From Anaeramoeba ignava BMAN (lineage: Eukaryota > Protista > Anaeramoebae), in assembly GCA_028826165.1 (NCBI GenBank), contig JAPDFW010000071.1:124001-188000 (forward strand): 64,000 bases of DNA. The letters run 5' to 3'. Below, piece by piece: positions 53,436-64,000 of the stretch. Within the stretch, counting starts at the first letter, position 1. Each line of letters starts with the position of its first letter. The notes under the pieces were generated by a model. That model did no database searches, had not been told where the DNA came from, and saw only the letters and a program-made list of their open reading frames with translations. Both the position numbers and the translations under genes were made by a program.

Positions 53436-54926
53436 ATGAAAAGTACTTATCGAAATATTGCAAAATTACAAGATGATTTCACAAATCTCTTTCAAATTCA
53501 AGATGAATTTAGTGATTTTAAAATAATTATTGAAGATCCAAAAAATCCAAATGAAGAAAAAATATTTTACACTCACAGATCAATTTTGAATTGCAGAAGT
53601 GACTATTTCCAAGCACTTTTCCGTTCGAAAATGAAAGAGTACCAAGAAGGAAAAATTTTATTTAAGAATATTTCATCAAATATTATGGAAAAAATTCTTG
53701 GTTTCATTTACACTGGTTCGCTTCAAGTTACAAATGAAGATGCAGTTGAAATATTAGTTTTGGCAAAAAAATTTTTTTTTCCCGAAATTGTCAATTTTCT
53801 TGCTGACTTCATTGCAGAAAGTATTGATGTCTCAAATGTTGCTGATCTTCTCCAAATCTCGAACCAATTTGATTCGCCTGAACTTCATGTGCATTGCATT
53901 AATTTTTTAATAAAAAATTTTCAAGAGTTTTTGGATTCCCAAAATTTTAAGTATTTGAGCCAACAAGATATTCTGAATGTTTTGGACGCACCGAATCTGC
54001 GAGTCATTTCGGAATCCACACTTTTCTATTCCGTTCTTTCTTGGGGGAAATATCAGGAAAATATCCAATCAGAAAATCACGAATTAACGCAAGAAGAAAA
54101 AGAAATTCTGTCAAGAAAAATTGCTTCTTGCATCGAAAAAATCCGGTTGTGTGATATTGATATGAAAGAACTCGAAACTATTGATGGTCTCAATGTTGTT
54201 TCTTCTCAGGTCATTTCTGATCTTAAAACGTTCCACTTTTTGAGAAGTGATTTCAAGTTTTTTTCTGATTACGAAAAGATGAAATTAGACGCAATGCAAA
54301 AAGGAATAAATATCTTCACCACTCGATCCACTTTCCCAAAAGGCACCATTTTTATCAATAGGGAATGGGAATTATGGCTCAAAAAACACATTAACAACGA
54401 TAGTTTTTTCCAAGCAATGGAAATGGGATTTTCAACTACTCAAGATGGATTTAGTTGTTCTAAATTTCATTTGAATTGCGATCGGAAATCGCCTATTCTT
54501 GTTGTAATTCAAACTGAAAACAACTGTATTTTTGGAGGATTTTCGAATGTTGGATGGAATACTCTCCGAAGTTATAATTATTTCATTTCTGATCCAAATG
54601 CTTTTTGTTTTTCTTTAAAAAGAATTGATTCACAAGAGCCTGTTTTATTCCCAATAAGAAAAAATGAAAAGAGCAAAGCCATTTATTATCACGAGGAATG
54701 GGGACCAAGTTTTGGCAAGGATGTTGCTGTTTATCGTGATTTAAGAAGTGGAGAATGTTATGATTTTGGGAACACTTATAAAATTCCAAGTGAAATTAAA
54801 GATGACTCAAAAAAGATTAGAGAATTTTTGTGTGGTTCACCTTTTTGGAAAGTGAAATTTATTGATGTTTATTTTGATTCTTCTTCTGAAAAGAAAGACA
54901 ATCCATATAATTCTTATTATTATTAA
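53436..54926 (+). CDS. BTB/POZ-BACK-TLDc domain protein (paralog of 1296-2897)
   Basis: FSDFKIII..HRSILNCRSDYFQALFRSKMKEYQEGK; BACK; DGFSCSKFHLNCDRKSPILVVIQT..IFGGFS...GPSFG. Confidence 0.92.
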   Translation: MKSTYRNIAKLQDDFTNLFQIQDEFSDFKIIIEDPKNPNEEKIFYTHRSILNCRSDYFQALFRSKMKEYQEGKILFKNISSNIMEKILGFIYTGSLQVTNEDAVEILVLAKKFFFPEIVNFLADFIAESIDVSNVADLLQISNQFDSPELHVHCINFLIKNFQEFLDSQNFKYLSQQDILNVLDAPNLRVISESTLFYSVLSWGKYQENIQSENHELTQEEKEILSRKIASCIEKIRLCDIDMKELETIDGLNVVSSQVISDLKTFHFLRSDFKFFSDYEKMKLDAMQKGINIFTTRSTFPKGTIFINREWELWLKKHINNDSFFQAMEMGFSTTQDGFSCSKFHLNCDRKSPILVVIQTENNCIFGGFSNVGWNTLRSYNYFISDPNAFCFSLKRIDSQEPVLFPIRKNEKSKAIYYHEEWGPSFGKDVAVYRDLRSGECYDFGNTYKIPSEIKDDSKKIREFLCGSPFWKVKFIDVYFDSSSEKKDNPYNSYYY

Positions 54927-55082
54927 AAATTAAAAATTCATTTTTGGTTTTTGGTTTTTGGTTTTCGGAAAATGAAATTTATTGATTATTTCTTTTCTTT
55001 CTTTTTTAAAATGAATTTTTTTGAATTAAACGAAAAGTGAAATTTAAAAGAATTTAAAAGAATTTAAAAGAGTAATTTCTTT

Positions 55083-56579
55083 TTAATCAAGATCATCATT
55101 ATCAATTTCAACTTTTTCAATTGGTTCTTTTTGTTCTTGATCATCATCTAATTCAACTTTAAGTTTTTCAATATCTTCTAGATTTTCTTCTTGTGGGATT
55201 TGAATATCGTGATCTTGTTCATCAAGATCATCTAAATTGTCTTCTGATTCACTTGATTCAACCTTTTATTTAAAATGTTTTTGAATTATTATTTTAAATT
55301 ATTTTTGAATTTATATTTTTTTTAAAATATTTACAGATTCTGGATCCCAATCAAAACCTTTTGGTGGTGCTTTTTTTCTCTTCATCTTCATCAACCCAAA
55401 GATTCCAATCAGCTTTAATCCAGAAAAATTTTCCTTTAATTTTTGTTAATCTTGGCCAAAATGGAGCTTTATCATTTTTCTTCAATAAAATAAATTGAAG
55501 GTTTCTTGGCTTAACTTTCCAGTTACTTTTCTTTTAATTTTATATTTTATTTATATTTATATTTATATTTATATTTATATTTATATTTATATTTATATTT
55601 ATAATTATATTTATATTTATATTTATATTTATATTTATATTTATATTTATATTTATATTTATATTTATATTTATATTTATAATTATATTTATATTTATAT
55701 TTATATTTATATTTATATTTATATTTATATTTATATTTATATTATTTATAATTTATATTTATATTTATATTTATATTTATATTTATATTTATATTTATGT
55801 TTATATTTATATTTTTATTTATATTTATATTTATATTTATATTTATATTTATATTTATGTTTATTTATATTTTATATTTATATTTATATTTATATTTATA
55901 TTTATATTTATATTTATATTTATATTTATATTTATATTTATATTTATATTTATATTTTATTTTATATTTATATTTATATTTATATTTTATTTATATTTAT
56001 ATTTATATTTTATGTTTTGTTATATTTATATTTATATTTATATTTATATTTATATTTATATTTATATTATTTATATTTATATTTATATTTATATTTATAT
56101 TTATATTTATATTTATATTTATATTTATATTTATATTTATATTTATATTTATATTTATATTTATATTTATATTTATAATTAGATTTATATTTATATTTAT
56201 AATTATATTTATATTTATATTTATATTTATATTTATATTTATATTTATAATTAGATTTATATTTAATTTTCGGAAAATAATTTTAAAAAAAAAAACAAAC
56301 TCCAGATTCAATTTCTTCAAAAAATTCAAGATCAAAAGCATAGCTTTTATGATCAGGACCACCTAAACCAGAAAAAACAAGTTTTGAATCAGATAATTCA
56401 ATTTTTTCATCAGAAATATCATTGAGTTGAACAGTCAAAAACAATCTATCTTTTCTTTGAGCCCAAATAATATTAGGAATACTAATAAAAGATTTGAACG
56501 AAAATTAAATTGAAATTTGAAATTTGAAATTGAATTGAATTGAATTGAATTTGATTTGAATTGAATTAACAAACCTCAT
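55083..56579 (-). CDS. p23/Sba1/PTGES3 Hsp90 co-chaperone (CS domain), absent from the ORF track
   Basis: Spliced read: MS|[19 protein letters not shown]...[14 protein letters not shown]|[18 protein letters not shown]...[28 protein letters not shown], then an acidic tail. One A-run frameshift at ~55375. Confidence 0.9.
55531..56300 (-). repeat. Intron filled with (ATTTAT)n microsatellite
   Basis: Visible array. GT/AG ends join the p23 exons in frame. Confidence 0.9.
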
Positions 56580-56745
56580 TTTTTTTTAATTATTTAAATG
56601 AATAGAAAAAAAAAAGAAAGGAAAAAAATGATTTTAAAAAAAACAAAAATAATAAAAAAAAATTTTTTTTTTTGCTTTTTTCTTTTTTTTTTTCTTTTTA
56701 GTAAAATTTTTTTTGTTTAATTTTTGTCTTTTCCTGATTTCCAAA

Positions 56746-59491
56746 TCAAGAAAGGAAGTTTATTAAAATGATTATCCAAATAACAAAAAACGAAAACACG
56801 CCAAAACCAAAGGAAATCCATATAAAAATATCGTTAGACAACCAATTCGAATAAGGTGTTTTTGATTTTCCAAAAATTTGTTGAGCAATTTTTTTCGATT
56901 TCCAAGCTAACAAAGAAGGTATCAAGTAAGCAATAAAGCATCCAAAAGTTCCGTTCATGATGATTATATCAGGAAGCTTTCGGATTAGACAGGCTCCAAT
57001 TATTGGGGGAATGGAAGCAATTAATCGAAATAAAATTTTCTTTTTTTTACTTCCTTTTTTTTTATGATAAGGAAGTAACGTTAAATCTTCGTCTGCTATC
57101 ATTTCGTCTCTTGTATCTCTTCTTTGATCTTCTTGTTGTTCTGGTTCTTCTTTTTTTTCTGTTTTTTCTTGTTCTTTCATTAATTTGTCAAATGGTATTG
57201 GATCTTTTTGAACTGGATAAACTGCAAAATACATATTATTTCCTAATGTTATTGCATGCTTTTTTAATTTTCAAAATGAATTTTAATTTTTTTCCGATTT
57301 TAATTTTAATTTTCATTTTTTTCCGATTTTGATTTTAATTTGAATTTTCATTTTGATTTTAATTTTTTATTTTAATTTTCAAAATGAATTTTAATTTAAA
57401 TTTTAATTTTAATTTGAATTTTAATTTTAATAAAATACTAAAGGAAATGCAGAAAGAACTTCAATAACAGGGAAAATAACAACACAATATTCAACAATAT
57501 ATCTCCAAGTAGTAGCAGATTTAAACAATTCAAGTTCAATCCAATTTAAGGAAATAACAGAAAGAACATTTTCACCAAAATACATAGCACAAACAATACC
57601 CAAAGTAGAATAAAAGAAATAAGTAGTTAAAAAAGCAGAATTAAAAATCACTCTCAGTTTTCTTTTTTTTTTAACAGGTTCAGCAATAATTGTTGTACTG
57701 TGATGAACCAACTGAGAAAAAATTGCATTTGTAAAAATATAAGCAACTCCTTTGAAATCAAATAGCTTTTTAGTTCCTATATATGGTGGTTTATCTGGAT
57801 GATTATCCTTTTTAACTGTGTGCATTGCAATTATTGTTGTTACTAATATTAATAATAGTGAAAATAATCGAAATATAAATAGCGCTGTTTGAACTATAAT
57901 TTGTTCTGATAAATCAAGACAAGAAAGTGGTATTGATATTAATGCAAAAAGTACCATGTATAAATAATAATTATATTGACATCCTGATGTTAATTTTCCA
58001 TCAATCTCACTAATAAATTTTGATTTTAATTTTGATTTTAATTTTGATTTTGATTTTGATTTTGATTTTGATTTTGATTTTGATTTTGATTTTGATTTTA
58101 ATTTTGATTTTAATTTTAATTTTGATTTTGATTTTGATTTTGATTTTGATTTTGATTTTGAATTTGATTTTGATTTTGATTTTGATTTTGATTTTGATTA
58201 ATAATTTTGATTTTGAAATTTAAATTTTGATTTTAATTTTGATTTTGATTTTGATTTTGATTTTGATTTTGATTTTGATTTTGATTTTGATTTTGATTTT
58301 GATTTTGATTTTGATTTTGATTTTGATTTTGATTTTGATTTTGATTTTAATTTTGATTTTAATTTTGATTTTAATTTTGATTTTAATTTTGATTTTGATT
58401 TTGATTTTGATTTTGATTTTGATTTTGATTTTAATTTTGATTTTGATTTTAATTTTGATTTTAATTTTGATTTTAATTTTGATTTTGATTTTGATTTTAA
58501 TTTTATAAATGAATTTTAATTTTGATTTACCATAAATCTCCATGTGTAAGAAATGTTAAAGGCAGAATTCTTATTAAAGAAGTTGAAAAAACTGAAGCAT
58601 AACTAATTTTAATTATATCATATAATAAAATTTCAATAAAAAATCCAAAATAAATTGTTTTTCTATTTAGTTAACTTTTTTTTTTTTTTGTAAAATTATT
58701 TATATACGACCAAAGAGCTCCATAAAGATAACAAGTAGAAGCAAATGTAAAAAATCTTTTCCCAAATTTTCCAAGAAATAAGTTACACATTTCATTAACT
58801 TCAAATTTTCGATTTTTAATTTCAAATCGAGAAATTTCTTTTTCATCAAAGATTAAATTTTGAGTTTGATCTTCAACTTTTTTAATTAATTTAATATAAA
58901 TTAATATTAATAATTTTATTTATAGTTTTATATTATAGAAGATAAACAAGATAAACTACTTGGATCTTGTTGATTATTATCACTATCATTTGACTCAGAT
59001 AAATTATTAGGATTTTGAGGTAAATTTTGTTCTTGTTTCTTTTCTTCAAAATATGAAACAATTCCTTCTGCTCGACCTTCAACTTCAACAACATACATCA
59101 TTGTTGTACTACTAAAAAATGTTACAACAAGAAGAAATATTGCTGATAATAATAAGCCAGATGCTTCGAAAGAATAAGGAATTTCAAGAATTCCTACACC
59201 AAGTATATAATTCTACCATTTATAATTTGTAGAGAATAAATTTTTATTTTGTTTTATTTTATTTTTTATTTTATTTGTTTGTTTTGTTTACAATCATAAA
59301 AACATCTATTGTTTCATTTCATCATTTTTTTTTTATAATTAAAGTTTTATTTTTTATTTTTTATTTGATTAAAATCTTTATTTGAAAAAAAAAATTTTTT
59401 TTTATGTTTGAAAAAATTTTTTTGATTAATTACATCCAATAAATGAACCAAACATCTTTTTTGGTTTTTGTTGAGAATTTTGAATATCCAT
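56746..59491 (-). CDS. Amino-acid transporter family (Aa_trans), TMEM104-like
   Basis: FIGYVFMINYILGVGILEIPYSFEASG; RKFEVMKMCNLFLG; YLYGALWS; SQLVHHS...PVKKK; FPVIEVLSAFPL; many TM helices; multiple introns. Confidence 0.85.
58010..58530 (-). repeat. Intron filled with (TTTTGA)n microsatellite
   Basis: Visible array between GTAAAT and TTAG on the minus strand. Confidence 0.88.
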
Positions 59492-59857
59492 TTTTTTTCG
59501 TATTTCTAAATGCACAAAAAAAAAAAAGTTAAAAAAAAAAAGGAAAAAAATGAAAAAGAAAAAAAGGAGAAAAAAATATTTTTTTAAAATTTAAAAAAAA
59601 TTTTGATTTGTTTTTTTCTTTTTATTTGTTAATCAAAATCTAATTTATAATTCCATTTTTTATTCCATTTTATTTTTATTTAAATTATTTTTCATTTTTT
59701 TGTGTAGTTTCTCAAAAAAAAAAGCAAAATTAAAACTTAAAAAAAAAAACAAAAACAAAAAAATTAAATTTTATTATTTTTTTTTCATTTTTTTTTCATT
59801 TTTTTTTAATTTTAATTAATAAAAGAACCACACAAAAAAAAAAGATAGAAAAGAAAG
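59492..59857. promoter_or_regulatory. Putative bidirectional promoter with Inr-like motifs
   Basis: AAAATGAAAA at ~59550 and TTTTCATTTT at ~59693, ~59785 and ~59797. Confidence 0.55.
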
Positions 59858-62800
59858 ATGGCAAATTTAGATAATTTATCTGAAGCCCAGCTTGAAGAAA
59901 TGCTTAAAGAAAGTATGAAATCAAAAGATAAATTGGATACTGTTCTTGTTAGAAAAACAAATTATGCAAAAAACCCAAAGTAAATAAAAACTAATATAAA
60001 AATAAACCAATCACATAGAACATCACAAAAAAATTATTTTTATTTGGTTTTTAATTATTTTTTGTTTTTATTTTTTTTTTTGCTTTTTTTGATTTTTTTA
60101 ATTTTTTTCCATTATTAAAATAATAAAATATTAAAATATTAAAATATTAAAATATTAAATTATTAAATTAATAAAATATTAAATTAATAAATTATTAAAA
60201 TATTAAAATATTAAATTAATAAAATATTAAAATATTAAAATAATAAAATAATAAAATAATTAAAAAATAAATAAAAAAAAAATTAAAATATTAAAAAAAT
60301 AAAAATATAAAAATATTAAAATATTAAAAATATTAAAAATAATAAAATAATAAAATAATAAAAAATAATAAATTAATAAATTAATAAAATAATAAAATAT
60401 TAAAATAATAAAATATTAAAAATAATAAAATAATAAAATAATAAAATAATAAATTAATAAAATAATAAAATATTAAAATATTAAAATATTAAAATATTAA
60501 AATATTAAAATAATAAAATATTAAAATAATAAATTAATAAAATATTAAAATATTTAAAAATATTAAAATATTAAAATATTAAAATATTAAAATATTAAAA
60601 TATTAAAATATTAAAAATATTAAAATATTAAAATATTAAAATAATAAATTAATAAAATAATAAAATATTAAAATTATTAAAATATTAAAATATTAAAATA
60701 ATAAAATATTAAATTATTAAAATATTAAAAATAATAAAATAATAAAATATTAAAATAATAAAATATTAAAAATATTAAAATATTAAATAATAAATTAAAA
60801 TATTAAAATAATAAAAAATATTAAAAAAATATTTAAAATATTAAAAATTAAAATATTAAAAATATTAAAAAATAAAATTATTAAAATATTAAAATATTAA
60901 AAATATTAAAATATTAAAAATATTAAAATATTAAAATATTAAAATATTAAAAATATTAAAATATTAAAATATTAAAATAATAAAATAATAAAATAATAAA
61001 ATAATTAAAATAATAAAATTAATAAACAAAAAAAATAATTAAAATAATAAATTAATAAAAAATAATAAATTAATAAAATATTAAAAATATTAAAATAATT
61101 AAAATATTAAAATAATAAAATAATAAAATATTAAAATATTAAAATAATAAAATATAAAAATATTAAAAAATATTAAAATATTAAAATAAATTAAAAATAT
61201 TAAAATATTAAATTAAAATATTAAAAAATAAAAATATTAAAAATATTAAAAAAAATAAAATATTAAAAAATAATAAAAAAAAATATTAAAATATTAAAAT
61301 ATTAAATTAATATTAAAATATTAAAATATTAATAATAAAAAATATTAAAATATTAAAATATTAAAATATTAAAAATTAATTAAAAAATAAATAAAAAATT
61401 AAAAATATTAAAATATTAAAAATAATAAAATATTAAAATAATAAAATATTAAAAATTAAAATATTAAAATATTAAAATATTAAAATAATAAAATATTAAA
61501 AATATTAAAATAATAAAATAATAAAATAATAAAATAATAAAATATTAAAATATTAAAATATTAAAATAATAAAATATTAAAATAATAAAATAATAAAATA
61601 TTAAAATATTAAAATATTAAAATATTAAATATTAAAATATTAATAAAATAATAAAATAATTAAAAATAAAATTAAAATAATAAAATATTAAAATAATAAA
61701 ATATTAAAAATATTAAAATATTAAAATATTAAAATATTAAAATAATAAATTAATAAATATTAAAATAATAAAATAATAAAAATATTAAAATAATAAAATA
61801 ATAATTTATTAAAATAATAAAAATAATAAAATAATAATAATAAAATATTAAAATATTAAAATATTAAAATAATAAAATAATAAAATATTAAAATATTAAA
61901 ATATTAAAATATTAAAATAATAAAATATTAAAATATTAAAATATTAAAATAATAAAATAATAAAATATTAAAATAATAAAATAATAAAATATTAAAATAA
62001 TAAAATATTAAAATATTAAAATATTAAAATATTAAAATATAAAAATAATAAAATATTAATTATTAAATTATTATCAGTTCTTCAAAAGTTGAAACAACCA
62101 AAACATATGATACTGGAATGAGAAGAGCACAAGCAAATCCCAAACAAGTAATCCTTGAATTAAAACAACAAATTCGTGAATTAGAACAAAAGCTCGCACA
62201 ATCACAAAAACAATCACCAAGTCCAACAAGAAAAAGTCCAGATAATTCAAACCAAGAAATACAAAGATTAAAGAATTTACTAAGAGAAAAAGACAAGAAG
62301 ATTGCTTCAATGCAAGAGCTTGAAAAGAAAATTGAAAGATTGGAAGAAGACTTGAAAAAAGAAAAGCGTAAATCACCAGTTGTTAAAACAGAAATCAAAA
62401 TTGAAAAAGTTGTTGATGAAAGTAAAGTAAGAGAACTTGAAAGGAAAAATAAAAGATTGGAAGATGATTTAAATAGGGAAAAGCGTAAATCACCAGTTGT
62501 TAAAACAGAAACCAAAATTGAAAAAGTTGTTGATGAAAGTAAAGTAAGAGAACTTGAAAAGAAAGTGGAACATAAACATAAAAAATCAAAAGAAAGAAAA
62601 AAGAAAATTGAAAAATTAGAAGATGATTTGAAAAAAGAAAAAAGCAAAGAACCAGTTGTTAAAACTGAAATTAAAACTGAAACCAAAGTTGAAAAAGTTG
62701 TTGATGAAACCAAAATAAGAGAACTTGAAAAGAAAATTGAAAGATTGGAAGAAGATTTGAAAAAAGAAAAAAACAAAGCAACCAGTTGTTAAAACTGAAA

Positions 62801-64000
62801 TTAAAACAGAAACCAAAATTGAAAAAGTTGTTGATGATTCCAAAATAAGAGAACTTGAAAATAAATTAAAAGATGTTGAAAAAGATAAGGGAGATCTTGA
62901 AAAGAAATTAAAAGATGTTGAAGAAGACTTGAAAAAAGAAAAGAACAAAGCACCAATTGTTAAAACAGAAACCAAAGTTGAAAAAGTTGTTGATGAAACC
63001 AAAATAAGAGAACTTGAAAAGAAATTAAAAGATGTTGAAGATGATTTAAAAAAAGAAAAAAATAAAGCACCAGTTGTTAAAACAGAAACCAAAGTTGAAA
63101 AAGTTGTTGATGATTCTAAAATTAAAGAACTTGAAAAGAAAGTGGAACATAAACATAAAAAATCAAAAGAAAGAAAAAAGAAAATTGAGAAATTAGAAGA
63201 TGATTTGAAAAAAGAAAAAAGCAAAGAACCAGTTGTTAAAACTGAAATTAAAACTGAAACCAAAGTTGAAAAAGTTGTTGATGAAACCAAAATAAGAGAA
63301 CTTGAAAAGAAAATTGAAAGATTGGAAGAAGATTTGAAAAAAGAAAAAAACAAAGCACCAGTTGTTAAAACAGAAACCAAAATTGAAAAAGTTGTTGATG
63401 ATTCTAAAATAAGAGAACTTGAAAATAAATTAAAAGATGTTGAAAAAGATAAGGGAGATCTTGAAAAGAAATTAAAAGATGTTGAAGATGATTTAAAAAA
63501 AGAAAAAAACAAAGCACCAGTTGTTAAAACTGAAACCAAAGTTGAAAAAGTTGTTGATGAAACCAAAATAAGAGAACTTGAAAAGAAATTAAAAGATGTT
63601 GAAGATGATTTAAAAAAAGAAAAAAATAAAGCGCCAATTGTTAAAACAGAAACCAAAATTGAAAAAGTTGTTGATGATTCTAAAATTAAAGAACTTGAAA
63701 AGAAAGTGGAACATAAACATAAGAAAATCAAAAGAAAGAAAAAAGAAAATTGAAAAATTAGAAGATGATTTGAAAAAAGAAAAAAGCAAAGAACCAGTTG
63801 TTAAAACTGAAATTAAAACAGAAACCAAAGTTGAAAAAGTTGTTGATGATTCTAAAATAAGAGAACTTGAAAAGAAATTAAAAGATGTTGAAAAAGATAA
63901 GGGAGATCTTGAAAAGAAATTAAAAGATGTTGAAGAAGATTTGAAAAAAGAAAAAAACAAAGCACCAGTTGTTAAAACTGAAATTAAAACAGAAACCAAA
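59858..64000 (+). CDS. Large K/E-rich coiled-coil tandem-repeat protein (3' end runs off the window)
   Basis: Exon 1 (59858-59979) MANLDNLSEAQLEEMLKE..., intron 59980-62077, then repeats of KAPVVKTETKVEKVVDETKIRELEKKLKDVEDDLKKEKN. Frameshifts at ~62780 and ~63722. Confidence 0.85.
60110..62060 (+). repeat. Intronic ~8-bp (AAAATATT/AAAATAAT)n satellite, ~2 kb, almost purely A/T
   Basis: Directly visible. Confidence 0.93.

Noticed and set aside
55495-58543. YIYI, FIFI, ILIL, KIKI and ININ ORFs (also near 6297, 25536, 26849, 29802, 35437, 40842, 42296 and 48580)
   Set aside because: They are stop-free translations of intronic or intergenic microsatellites.
6472-62800. Programmed ribosomal frameshifting or widespread pseudogenes
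   Set aside because: Shifts go in both directions, mostly at A/T homopolymers, and also hit conserved genes (p23, WDR24). There is no consistent slippery motif, so long-read indel error is the simpler explanation.
62063-63999. Minus-strand hydrophobic ORFs (FFSSSLILVSSTTFS..)
   Set aside because: They are antisense shadows of the K/E-rich repeat gene.
1-64000. Alternative genetic code, transposons, tRNA/rRNA genes, U12-type introns
   Set aside because: TAA and TGA terminate conserved genes at the expected positions. No transposase/RT motifs, structured RNA genes or RTATCCTT donors were recognised by eye.

Overview
This is very AT-rich, gene-dense eukaryotic nuclear DNA with GT-AG introns and the standard genetic code. 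The BTB-BACK-TLDc paralogs, QN/NE low-complexity proteins and satellite-filled introns resemble an Anaeramoeba-like metamonad or similar protist; this assignment is inference only. About 17 genes can be supported: a QN/SP-rich protein, two BTB-BACK-TLDc paralogs, an FG-GAP surface protein, a ~16 kb RNF213/mysterin-like AAA+ ATPase/E3 gene, a Ras-pseudoGTPase-BTB-BTB fusion, a ScaA-like scaffold, TELO2, a DENN Rab-GEF, U2SURP-like, WDR24, a small secreted 8-Cys peptide missed by the ORF track, a double-PH protein, Rpn11, p23 (also missed), a TMEM104-like transporter and a coiled-coil repeat protein. The strongest leads are four. (1) The RNF213-like gene has an RZ-finger remnant that keeps the zinc ligands but appears to lack the catalytic Cys, plus a large acidic/basic block insert, and lies 88 bp downstream of the Ras-BTB-BTB gene. 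(2) A Trichomonas-Inr-like TCATTTT motif sits before nearly every start codon and is mirrored in six short divergent intergenic regions. (3) Each long intron is inflated by its own AT microsatellite. (4) The 8-Cys secreted peptide is unannotated. Scattered single-base frameshifts, mostly at homopolymers, look like assembly errors.
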